A stretch of DNA of 64,000 nt from Bacteroidaceae bacterium (GTDB lineage Bacteria; Bacteroidota; Bacteroidia; Bacteroidales; Bacteroidaceae), in the NCBI GenBank assembly GCA_017962495.1, contig JAGCVH010000054.1:6572-70571 (forward strand). The letters run 5' to 3'. Every line of letters begins with the position of its first letter. The stretch's first letter is position 1. The position numbers and the translations under genes were made by a program. The notes beneath the pieces were generated by a model. It did no database searches, was not told the origin of the DNA, and was given only the letters and a program-made list of their open reading frames with translations. Below are positions 26,880-36,158 of the stretch, piece by piece.

Positions 26880-27463
26880 ATATTCCCTCTCCCCACTCCC
26901 CCGAAGGGGAGAGTCTCCCTCCCATCTTGCAGGTCGGAGATGTACTTCTTTCTCCTGACATCATTACGGAATACTTTGCATGTGATATTGCGAAATGCGG
27001 AGGACGTTGTTGTGAGGAAGGAGATGCAGGTGCTCCTGTAACGATGGATGAGATTGCGGATATTGAAGAACAATTGGACGACATTTGGCACAAACTCTCG
27101 GCTTCGGCTCAAAGTGAGATAGATAGGATAGGCGTGGCTTATCCCGATCCCGAAGGAGAACTTGTAACTTGTATCGTAAACGGTCGTGATTGTGCCTTTC
27201 GAGGCCCTTGTGGTTGTTTGCTTCGCCAGCGCCCCATCAGTTGTCATCTCTATCCCATTCGAGAAAAGAAACTTGGAAGCCTTGTCGGGTTGAATTATCA
27301 TCGTTGGGACATCTGTAAGGATGCTGTTGAGAAGGGTAAACGAGAGAACACTCACCTTTATGAATATCTTCGTGAGCCCCTTGTCCGGCGATTTGGCGAA
27401 GCTTGGTATCAGGAGTTGGAGACAATGGTAGAAGAACTAAAGAAAAGCGGAATACTCAGTTGA
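26873..27463 (+). CDS. DUF3109-family Cys-rich protein
   Basis: The Cys cluster FACDIAKCGGRCCEEGDAGAPV is typical of the Bacteroidales DUF3109 family. The start is ambiguous. The ATG at 26873 overlaps ung, and an in-frame TTG at 26927 follows an 8-bp hairpin and gives the family-typical N-terminus (QVGDVLLSPDII). Confidence 0.6.
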   Translation: MVNIPSPHSPEGESLPPILQVGDVLLSPDIITEYFACDIAKCGGRCCEEGDAGAPVTMDEIADIEEQLDDIWHKLSASAQSEIDRIGVAYPDPEGELVTCIVNGRDCAFRGPCGCLLRQRPISCHLYPIREKKLGSLVGLNYHRWDICKDAVEKGKRENTHLYEYLREPLVRRFGEAWYQELETMVEELKKSGILS

Positions 27464-27480
27464 GCATCCCGCTTCTTTTT
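27446..27480 (+). terminator. Terminator candidate at the DUF3109 gene end
   Basis: Imperfect stem AGCGGAAT/ATCCCGCT is followed by TCTTTTT and spans the stop codon. Confidence 0.4.
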
Positions 27481-27688
27481 ATAACCCTATCATGGCAAGA
27501 ACGGCGGCAATGATTATGACGATGTTCCAGATGTTGTCGGAACGCTTGTTCTCTCGCCAGTAATAGAGTAACCCCAAACTGGGAAGGGCAATTAGGATGA
27601 GGCTTGGCCAATAGAGAACCTCCAACCATCGACGGCAGAGGAAAAGCACGATGCCTAATATTCTCAGGTTATGCAATACGGTCTTCAT
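27479..27688 (-). CDS. Small hydrophobic membrane protein (69 aa)
   Basis: Two or three predicted TM helices. No family was recognised. The call rests on the ORF, its hydrophobicity and its position downstream of bcp. Confidence 0.45.
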   Translation of the reverse strand: MKTVLHNLRILGIVLFLCRRWLEVLYWPSLILIALPSLGLLYYWRENKRSDNIWNIVIIIAAVLAMIGL

Positions 27689-27735
27689 AATCCTTAATCC
27701 CTAATCCTTCATCCTTCATCCTTCATCCTTATCCC
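27689..27735. repeat. Heptanucleotide simple-sequence repeat, 6 units plus a partial unit
   Basis: The plus strand reads AATCCTT AATCCCT AATCCTT CATCCTT CATCCTT CATCCTT ATCCC. On the coding (minus) strand this is (AAGGATG)x3 AAGGATT AGGGATT AAGGATT, directly abutting the ATG at 27688. Confidence 0.9.
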
Positions 27736-28187
27736 TTAGTCCTTCAATATTTGACTGGCGTGTTCCTTTGTCTTGATTTCCTTGGGAAGCATGATGCGCT
27801 CGACTATGCCTTCCTCGTTGATGATGAAGGTGGTGCGGAACATGCCCATGTACTTGCGACCATACATCGATTTCTCGCCCCAAGTGCCGAAGGTTTGGCT
27901 AAGTGTTTGCTCGGTGTCGGCAATGAGGTGGAAGGGCAACTGGTTCTTCTCGATGAACTTCTGGTGGCTTTTCTCATCCTGAACGCTCACACCAAGCACC
28001 TCGTACCCTTGTTTGCGGAGTTCCGAATAACCATCGCGTAGGCTGCATGCCTGAGCCGTGCAACCAGAGGTCATATCCTTGGGATAGAAGTACAGTACCA
28101 ACTTCTTGCCGGCATAGTCCGACAGACGAATCTCTTGTCCGTTCTCGTCGCGACCAAGTATCTCGGGGGCTTTGTCACCTACTTTCA

Positions 28188-28188
<1 letters not shown>
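27736..28188 (-). CDS. bcp: Thiol peroxidase / peroxiredoxin Bcp
   Basis: 150 aa with the peroxiredoxin motif (YFYPKDMTSGCTAQAC). The start overlaps the gyrB stop (TAATG). Confidence 0.9.
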
Positions 28189-30182
<1,994 letters not shown>

Positions 30183-30204
30183 TCAAACCTGATTTTTAAC
30201 CTTG

Positions 30205-30212
30205 CAAAGGTA
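30205..30212 (-). promoter_or_regulatory. Bacteroidetes -7 promoter box (TAnnTTTG) for gyrB
   Basis: TACCTTTG on the minus strand, 25 nt upstream of the gyrB ATG. Confidence 0.55.
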
Positions 30213-30544
30213 CGAAAAAAAAGTGAAATACGGAAATAAATTCAAAGAATTTATGCAGGACAACTCAAAGCCATGAAATAGATGCTTTCTAAGAGCAGAA
30301 CAAGGGCCTGTTTTCCACTCAACTGCCACCGTTCTTTCACCGTCCTTCACCCGTCTTTTCGCTTCCTATTTGCCTGCTTTCTGCACAAACTTAACCTCTT
30401 TGGGGAACCCAAGTCAACGCTATCCACATATAAGGCTAAAAGTAGTTAACCAAAACCGTCAAACTACAGAGTAGCGACGACTCTTAGTTGCTTCAATAGC
30501 ATCGCCCCCGTGCTGGAGGCCTGCCTCCTAATACTCCGGCCAGC

Positions 30545-30742
30545 AGCTCTTAGGCGTCGGACGCAAATCACTTAGGCGATTGCTTTATAAGACCTAGGTC
30601 TTTCGCTTATAAGACGTACATCTTTCACGTGTAAGACGTACATCTTTCAGCTATAAGACGTACATCTTTCATTTGCAAGACGTACATCTTTCGTATGTAA
30701 GACGTACGTCTTTACAAGAGAACGCTTAGGCGTTGTGCCTAA
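30545..30742. repeat. Nine-unit array of 14-bp (5+4+5) palindromic units at an exact 22-bp phase
   Basis: Unit starts are 30545, 30567, 30589, 30611, 30633, 30655, 30677, 30699 and 30721. The six inner units are AAGAC-(CTAG/GTAC)-(G/A)TCTT. The flanking units are CTTAGGCG-type and keep the same phase. Confidence 0.92.
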
Positions 30743-30837
30743 GACGCCTAAGAATTTGGGCCAAAACTTACAGGAGTCTTGCCTTTTGCTTGCTTTTGCA
30801 AGGAGAAACACAACTAAGGGCGATAAAACATACCACT

Positions 30838-31317
30838 ATGTTCATCCGATACAGCCTTCTAAAACGCTCGTCGAGTCCCCGCGACGACAATGCACCTCGT
30901 CTTGTTTACGCTGCCGCACAAAGCACGGAGACGGTTAACCTGAAAGCAATTGCACGCCATCTGGTCTCTCATAATTCGGTGTTCTCCGAGGGAACTGTCA
31001 TTGGCATTCTCACCGACTTCCAACGTTGTATACTGGAACATCTGCAACGTGGAGCGCGTGTCGACCTGGATGTGCTCGGTTCTTTCTACACCACCCTGCA
31101 AGGGCGCGGGGTAAACAGTTATGAGGAGTTCACGCCGGACCTTGTGGACCGAGTCAACATCCGTTGGCGGCCTTCGCACGAGATGGAGAAGACCATACAG
31201 CACACTCCTCTGGTACACACCATCAACCGTGCCAGTCAGCGCAGAGCGAAGAAGCAAATGGCGGAAAACGTGAATCGGCAGGTGGAGGAGGATCGTCGCA
31301 GAAGAGAAGCGCAGTAA
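30838..31317 (+). CDS. Bacteroidales HU-like (HU_2-type) DNA-binding protein with a basic C-terminal tail
   Basis: The start is set at MFIRYSLLKRSS. The segment VNLKAIARHLVSHNSVFSEGTVIGILTDFQRCILEHLQRGARVDLDVLGSF has the HU/IHF-like layout typical of Bacteroidales histone-like proteins. The tail is Arg/Lys-rich. Confidence 0.7.
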   Translation: MFIRYSLLKRSSSPRDDNAPRLVYAAAQSTETVNLKAIARHLVSHNSVFSEGTVIGILTDFQRCILEHLQRGARVDLDVLGSFYTTLQGRGVNSYEEFTPDLVDRVNIRWRPSHEMEKTIQHTPLVHTINRASQRRAKKQMAENVNRQVEEDRRRREAQ

Positions 31318-31360
31318 TAGTTGGTCTCTTAAAGCGTGCGCCCGAGTCGGGCAGCCTTTC

Positions 31361-31397
31361 AAAAAGAACGACCGTCCCTCGGTGTGAGGAACGGTCG
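31361..31397 (-). terminator. Rho-independent terminator after rpsT (possibly bidirectional with the HU-like gene)
   Basis: 12-bp stem CGACCGTCCCTC/GAGGAACGGTCG (one mismatch) with loop GGTGT. On the minus strand it is followed by TTCTTTTT. Confidence 0.65.
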
Positions 31398-31420
31398 CTT
31401 AGTGTATCCGTCAGTATGGC

Positions 31421-31675
31421 TTAACCCAACTTCTGAATGTAGCGGGCCAGCTTCGACTTCAGGTTTGCAGCCTTATTCTTGTGGATGATGTTGGTCTTGG
31501 CCAACTTGTCCAGAATCTTCTGTACGCCGGGGTACATCTCTATGGCTGCTGCCTTGTCGGTGGTTGCACGAAGCTTGCGGACAGCATTACGCATAGTCTT
31601 AGCATAATATCTGTTGTGCAGGCGGCGCTTCTGCTCCTGACGGATTCTCTTAAGAGATGATTTGTGGTTTGCCAT
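31421..31675 (-). CDS. rpsT: 30S ribosomal protein S20
   Basis: 84 aa starting [36 protein letters not shown], the canonical S20 N-terminus. Confidence 0.95.
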   Translation of the reverse strand: MANHKSSLKRIRQEQKRRLHNRYYAKTMRNAVRKLRATTDKAAAIEMYPGVQKILDKLAKTNIIHKNKAANLKSKLARYIQKLG

Positions 31676-31708
31676 TTTACTTCTTACTTTTATTTTTATC
31701 TTCTTTGT

Positions 31709-31780
31709 AGTCCCTAGGAGAGTCGAACTCCTCTTTAGAGAATGAAAATCTCTCGTCCTAACCGATAGACGAAGGGACCA
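31709..31780 (-). tRNA. tRNA-Glu (anticodon UUC)
   Basis: The minus strand reads GGTCCCTTCGTCTATCGGTTAGGACGAGAGATTTTCATTCTCTAAAGAGGAGTTCGACTCTCCTAGGGACTA. It folds as a cloverleaf with anticodon stem AGAGA/TCTCT, loop TTTTCAT and T-loop TTCGACT. The 1:72 pair is G-U and CCA is not encoded. Confidence 0.88.
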
Positions 31781-31835
31781 GCCTTCGTGGCCTTTCCGCC
31801 ACAGCTTCGCGACCAGGTGGTCACGATTGCGGGTG

Positions 31836-31843
31836 CAAAGTTA
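31836..31843 (-). promoter_or_regulatory. Bacteroidetes -7 promoter box (TAnnTTTG) upstream of tRNA-Glu/rpsT
   Basis: TAACTTTG on the minus strand, ~55 nt upstream of the tRNA 5' end. Confidence 0.45.
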
Positions 31844-31945
31844 CTGCTTTTCCGTGAACTGACAAAAACTTTTAGGATTTTTTTTCAATTTAAACGGGCA
31901 AACCGTTAAACTTTTAAACTTTTATTAGTAATTTCGCACTCGAAT

Positions 31946-32611
31946 ATGTTAGAAAAGACACGCGGAATTGTATTACACACACTGCGATATGCCGATCAGA
32001 AGCAGATTGTGACGATGTTTACCGAAGGTTGTGGGGCGGTGAGCTTTATGGTGCGTATGCCTCGTGGCAGGCGGTCGGTTATGCAGAATGTCTTGCTTTC
32101 ACCGTTGAGTCTGCTGGAAGTGGATATGGACTTTCAGGATTCGGCTCGCTTACAGCGTTTGGTCGATGTTCGAGTCAATGAGCCTTACCAGTCGTTGCCC
32201 TATAATCCGATGAAGCAGACGATAGCCCTGTTCTTGGGTGAATTCCTGTTTTATAGTTTACGTGAGGAGCAAGCAAATCCCGAGCTTTATGCCTATCTTG
32301 AAAAATCCCTCATGTGGCTCGATAACCGTCGTGAGCGTTTTGCCAACTTTCCTGCTACTTTCCTTATCCGCCTGTCTCGCTTCTTGGGCTTCTGGCCTGA
32401 TACAGAAGAGGTACAGGCTGTCCTCCACAAAGGAGAGGAACAACTTGTACCCCTAATGTTGCGCATGGATTTTGCTACCATGCATCTTTTTCATTTCTCA
32501 CGCGAACAGCGCCAGCGTTTGATGGAGGTCTTGAACGATTATTATCGCCAGCATGTGCCTCACTTTCCTGAGCTTCGCTCGATGGCAATCTTACGCGAGG
32601 TGTTGAGCTAA
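31946..32611 (+). CDS. recO: DNA repair protein RecO
   Basis: 221 aa. The N-terminal OB-fold region (MLEKTRGIVLHTLRYADQKQIVTMFTE) is typical of Bacteroidetes RecO. Confidence 0.85.
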   Translation: MLEKTRGIVLHTLRYADQKQIVTMFTEGCGAVSFMVRMPRGRRSVMQNVLLSPLSLLEVDMDFQDSARLQRLVDVRVNEPYQSLPYNPMKQTIALFLGEFLFYSLREEQANPELYAYLEKSLMWLDNRRERFANFPATFLIRLSRFLGFWPDTEEVQAVLHKGEEQLVPLMLRMDFATMHLFHFSREQRQRLMEVLNDYYRQHVPHFPELRSMAILREVLS

Positions 32612-32629
32612 GTGTGCTCAATAAAGACC

Positions 32630-34021
32630 TTAATCCTCACCTAATTGGAAGCCTACGAATGGCTCCTCGCTTGCTGGAGTAGCTGTGCCGCTTGCCTCGC
32701 TTGGTTGTGATTCTTGCAAGGCCTCTGCCGTCTTCTCATCAACAATGATGGTTGTGAGTTCCGGCTCTTCCTGTCGGTTGCGAATCTGGTTGAGTTCCTC
32801 TTTCGTGCGACGGTAGGTAGGTGTAGTTTCCACACGCGAGATGATATCCTCGTCGTCGAGCTCGTCGGGAGTGAACACAAAGATGTAGGGACGGCGACGA
32901 ATGGTAGGACGATTCTCTCCACTGTAGTACACACCACGCAGAGTATCGCGCATCTCCTGCTTCTCGCGGTCATCCTCTTCCTGTTTTTCCAATATGTCCT
33001 GCATACCAGGAACGTGCTGCAGGCCAAAGCCTGTTGCCAGCAGCGTAATCTTGATACGATTGCCCAGAGCTGGATCGGTGGCCATACCCCACTTGGTCTC
33101 AACGTTCTTCGAGAACTTGCTCATGAAGTTGTGTACCTCGTTCATCTCTTCCATTGTGAACTGCTGGCTTTCTTCGGCATCACTGAAGTTGATGTTCAGC
33201 AGTACCTTCTTGGAGTTGAAGATGTCGTTGTTGTTGAGCAAGGGCGACTTGATGGCTTCATCGATGGCCTTGCTAACACGATTCTCGCCTTCGGCATAGC
33301 CTGTCGACATAAGGGCAACGCCTCCATTCTCAAGAACGGTCTTCACGTCTTGGAAGTCGAGGTTGATGCGTCCGCGCATGGTGATGATTTCTGCAATGGA
33401 ACGTGCAGCTACGGTCAGGGTGTCGTCGGCACGGGCAAAGGCATTGATGACGGTGAGTTCGGGATAAATTTCACGTAGGCGCTCGTTGTTGATGACGAGC
33501 AATGCATCGACGTGTTTCTTTATCTCCTCTACGCCCTCCAATGCTTGGTCAATCTTCTTATTGCCTTCGAACAGGAAGGGGATGGTGACGATGCCTACCG
33601 TCAGTATACCCATTTCCTTGGCACACTTAGCAATGATAGGTGCTGCACCTGTTCCAGTACCACCACCCATACCGGCAGTGATGAATACCATCTTAGTGCC
33701 ATCGCTGAGCATGTTCTTGATGTCGTCCATGCTTTCCATCGCTGCCTGGCGAGCACGCTCAGGACGGTTACCTGCTCCGAGTCCTTCCTTGCCCAGTTGC
33801 AGAATAGTGGGTACAGGACTGTCCTCGAGGGCTTTCTTATCAGTATTGCACAACACATAGGTGACATCGTGAATACCTTCGTTAAACATGTGGTTCACGG
33901 CATTGCCGCCACCGCCTCCCACGCCAATCACCTTGATGATGCTGGGATTATTGACATGCTGGAAACCTGTGAACTGGATTCCTCCGTCCATTCCGAAGAT
34001 GTCTTTCGTTTCTTGGTCCAT
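32630..34021 (-). CDS. ftsZ: Cell division protein FtsZ
   Basis: Tubulin signature GGGTGTGAAP, with NAVNHM and VIGVGGGG motifs. It is the last gene of the dcw cluster. Confidence 0.97.
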   Translation of the reverse strand: MDQETKDIFGMDGGIQFTGFQHVNNPSIIKVIGVGGGGGNAVNHMFNEGIHDVTYVLCNTDKKALEDSPVPTILQLGKEGLGAGNRPERARQAAMESMDDIKNMLSDGTKMVFITAGMGGGTGTGAAPIIAKCAKEMGILTVGIVTIPFLFEGNKKIDQALEGVEEIKKHVDALLVINNERLREIYPELTVINAFARADDTLTVAARSIAEIITMRGRINLDFQDVKTVLENGGVALMSTGYAEGENRVSKAIDEAIKSPLLNNNDIFNSKKVLLNINFSDAEESQQFTMEEMNEVHNFMSKFSKNVETKWGMATDPALGNRIKITLLATGFGLQHVPGMQDILEKQEEDDREKQEMRDTLRGVYYSGENRPTIRRRPYIFVFTPDELDDEDIISRVETTPTYRRTKEELNQIRNRQEEPELTTIIVDEKTAEALQESQPSEASGTATPASEEPFVGFQLGED

Positions 34022-34047
34022 ATTCTTATGTGATTACGTGGTTATTA

Positions 34048-35406
34048 TTATTCGTCTTCTTCTTCGTCGGTGAATATCTTCTGCAGAACGCGTCCAAACT
34101 TCTTGAAACCTTCGCCGAATTTTCTCTTCTGTTTGGACTCTTTGTTTGTCTCCTCTGCCTTCTCCTCGACTTCGGTTACTGGTGTGCTAACGGGAGCACC
34201 GGTCTGTTCTTCACCATTCTCTTCCTCGGCCTTGGGCTCTTGTTCACCATCCTCGCGTATTTCGGCACAGTTGGTGTCGCCATGCATGAGCAGAGCTATC
34301 AGTGTATCGCAACTGTTGCCTTGGGGTGCAGTAACACCTGCCCCTACATCAACGGTGGTGATAAGTGATTTAGCCATCTTCACTCGCTGGAACTTCGTAA
34401 AGTGCTTGATTGCCTCGGGCATGTCCCTGAGTTGTGCTGCTGCTCCGGTAATGATAATGCCTGAGAGCAAAGTGTTGCTTACGTTCTCTATTTGATGCCA
34501 AACGTTGGCAATGATTTCTTCCTGACGAGCACCGATGATGTTTTGCAGTTCATTTTCTGATAGTGTGCGCTCGTTGCTGATGGATAACTGTTGCGGTGTG
34601 TCGCTCTCAGCAGCCACATAAGCAATGCCATATTTGCGTTTAAGTCCCTCTGCCTCTTCGAACTCCATTTGGTGAGCGGTGGCAATGTCATTTGTAATGT
34701 TATTGCCTCCCAAGGGGATGACTACGAGGTGGCGGAGGAGGTTGCCGTTATAAACAGCCACAGTTGTAGTACCAGCTCCAAAGTCAACCATGGCGCAACC
34801 CGAACGCTTCTCGCTATCGGAGAGTAACACGTCGGCCAGCATCATGGGGGCAATGAACATGTCGGCTATCTCAATACCAGCCATGCGCATGCACTTCTGT
34901 ATGTTCTCTACCAGCGTGTTCTTTGCCACGATGTTAAGGAAACGAGCTTCAATCTGGTCACTTTGTATGCCCACGGGATCGGCAATGGTGCGATTGCCTA
35001 CGACATATTCCTGAGGCACTACATCAAGAATCTGGGCATCGGTGTACTGTGTGGCACGATTGTTGTCCATCAGGTTGTCCACCAACTCGGGTGTAATCTT
35101 TACTTTCATCTCCAATCCGCGTGAGATGAAGTTGCCATCGGAGTGCAGCGACTGTCCACCTATGCCTACGTATGCACGGCGGATGTGGATGTTCAGACTC
35201 TCGCCCAGACGTGACACGATGTTCATGATGGCTTGTGTCGTTTTGTCGATGTTGTAGATGACGCCACGTTGTATGGCATCGGTGGTACGCTCTTGCTCAA
35301 TGTCAAGAATCTGGATAGTGCCATCGGGCTTCTTCTTGCCAGCGATGCCTCGGATGGAGGATGTTCCGAACTCCAGAGCTACGATAATCTCTTTTTCTGC
35401 TCCCAT
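34048..35406 (-). CDS. ftsA: Cell division protein FtsA
   Basis: Actin-like ATPase fold (VALEFGTSSIRG, VDFGAGTTTVAVY) with a C-terminal amphipathic helix. It lies upstream of ftsZ. Confidence 0.95.
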   Translation of the reverse strand: MGAEKEIIVALEFGTSSIRGIAGKKKPDGTIQILDIEQERTTDAIQRGVIYNIDKTTQAIMNIVSRLGESLNIHIRRAYVGIGGQSLHSDGNFISRGLEMKVKITPELVDNLMDNNRATQYTDAQILDVVPQEYVVGNRTIADPVGIQSDQIEARFLNIVAKNTLVENIQKCMRMAGIEIADMFIAPMMLADVLLSDSEKRSGCAMVDFGAGTTTVAVYNGNLLRHLVVIPLGGNNITNDIATAHQMEFEEAEGLKRKYGIAYVAAESDTPQQLSISNERTLSENELQNIIGARQEEIIANVWHQIENVSNTLLSGIIITGAAAQLRDMPEAIKHFTKFQRVKMAKSLITTVDVGAGVTAPQGNSCDTLIALLMHGDTNCAEIREDGEQEPKAEEENGEEQTGAPVSTPVTEVEEKAEETNKESKQKRKFGEGFKKFGRVLQKIFTDEEEDE

Positions 35407-35426
35407 AATTGTATATATTTATTGTT

Positions 35427-36158
35427 TTATTCTTTTGTGCAAATGATTTGGTCAGCGTATGTCGCGTCAATGACATTGTATTTGTTCCACCCCGCCTTAG
35501 GCATAGCCTTTTCATAGAACAGGCGTACGCGAGCCAGTTTTTCAGAAAGATCTTTAGGCTCACCAAGACGAATCTTTTGTTCGCAGAATCGGGGTATAAT
35601 CTCTATGCGACCCTGCTCGTCAACATCGATTTGCTGAGTCTGGCGTCTCCAGTAATCATCCGTCTTAAGCAAGCGGCCTAACGGCAGTAATTTGCTTGCG
35701 GCAAATTTGCGACTGACGTATCCAGTGATGACAGGCAAGTCGTTGTTGAGTCCGCCTGCAGGCATAATTTGTCCTTCTTCTCCAACATAGAACTCATCGC
35801 CATCATTGGGGAAAACGTGAAGCATGGGATGGACGGGGGTGATGCGTATGCATATCTTGCCTGATGCCGTGTGATAACAAGAGACAGTGTCGATATAGGG
35901 ATTGTCAGCCAGCAACTTCTGAATGCCACGCACATCCACATCGGCCAGTTTCTTTCCTTTGGGACTAATCTTCTTTTGAGCCAGCAGGTTGGCCACCATC
36001 GGTTCGTCGATAAGATGGGCTTTCACAGAATCCGTGAACTGGTATTCAATGCCCGTACACAGCATCTCCTGTGGGGAACGACTAACCTTTATTAGGGCAA
36101 AGATGAGATAGCCCACGGCGGCCAGCAAGAGCAGTGTTTTCAGTAGGGTCTTTATCAT
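35427..36158 (-). CDS. ftsQ: Cell division protein FtsQ
   Basis: 243 aa with a single N-terminal TM helix followed by POTRA-like and FtsQ-type domains. It lies between murC and ftsA. Confidence 0.85.
   Translation of the reverse strand: MIKTLLKTLLLLAAVGYLIFALIKVSRSPQEMLCTGIEYQFTDSVKAHLIDEPMVANLLAQKKISPKGKKLADVDVRGIQKLLADNPYIDTVSCYHTASGKICIRITPVHPMLHVFPNDGDEFYVGEEGQIMPAGGLNNDLPVITGYVSRKFAASKLLPLGRLLKTDDYWRRQTQQIDVDEQGRIEIIPRFCEQKIRLGEPKDLSEKLARVRLFYEKAMPKAGWNKYNVIDATYADQIICTKE

Noticed and set aside
30545-30742. Possibility that the 22-bp arrays are CRISPR arrays
   Set aside because: The repeat cores are only ~15 nt and the 'spacers' only 7-8 nt. No cas genes or leader are present, and the same architecture occurs at five loci with different cores.
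30733-30837. 35-codon N-terminal extension of the HU-like ORF (non-ATG start)
   Set aside because: It starts inside the last unit of the repeat array. The ATG at 30838 gives a normal HU-like N-terminus.
32714-33478. 254-aa plus-strand ORF inside ftsZ, with similar ORFs across ftsA, murC, murE, ftsI and rsmH
   Set aside because: They are antisense to dcw genes that have unambiguous motifs.
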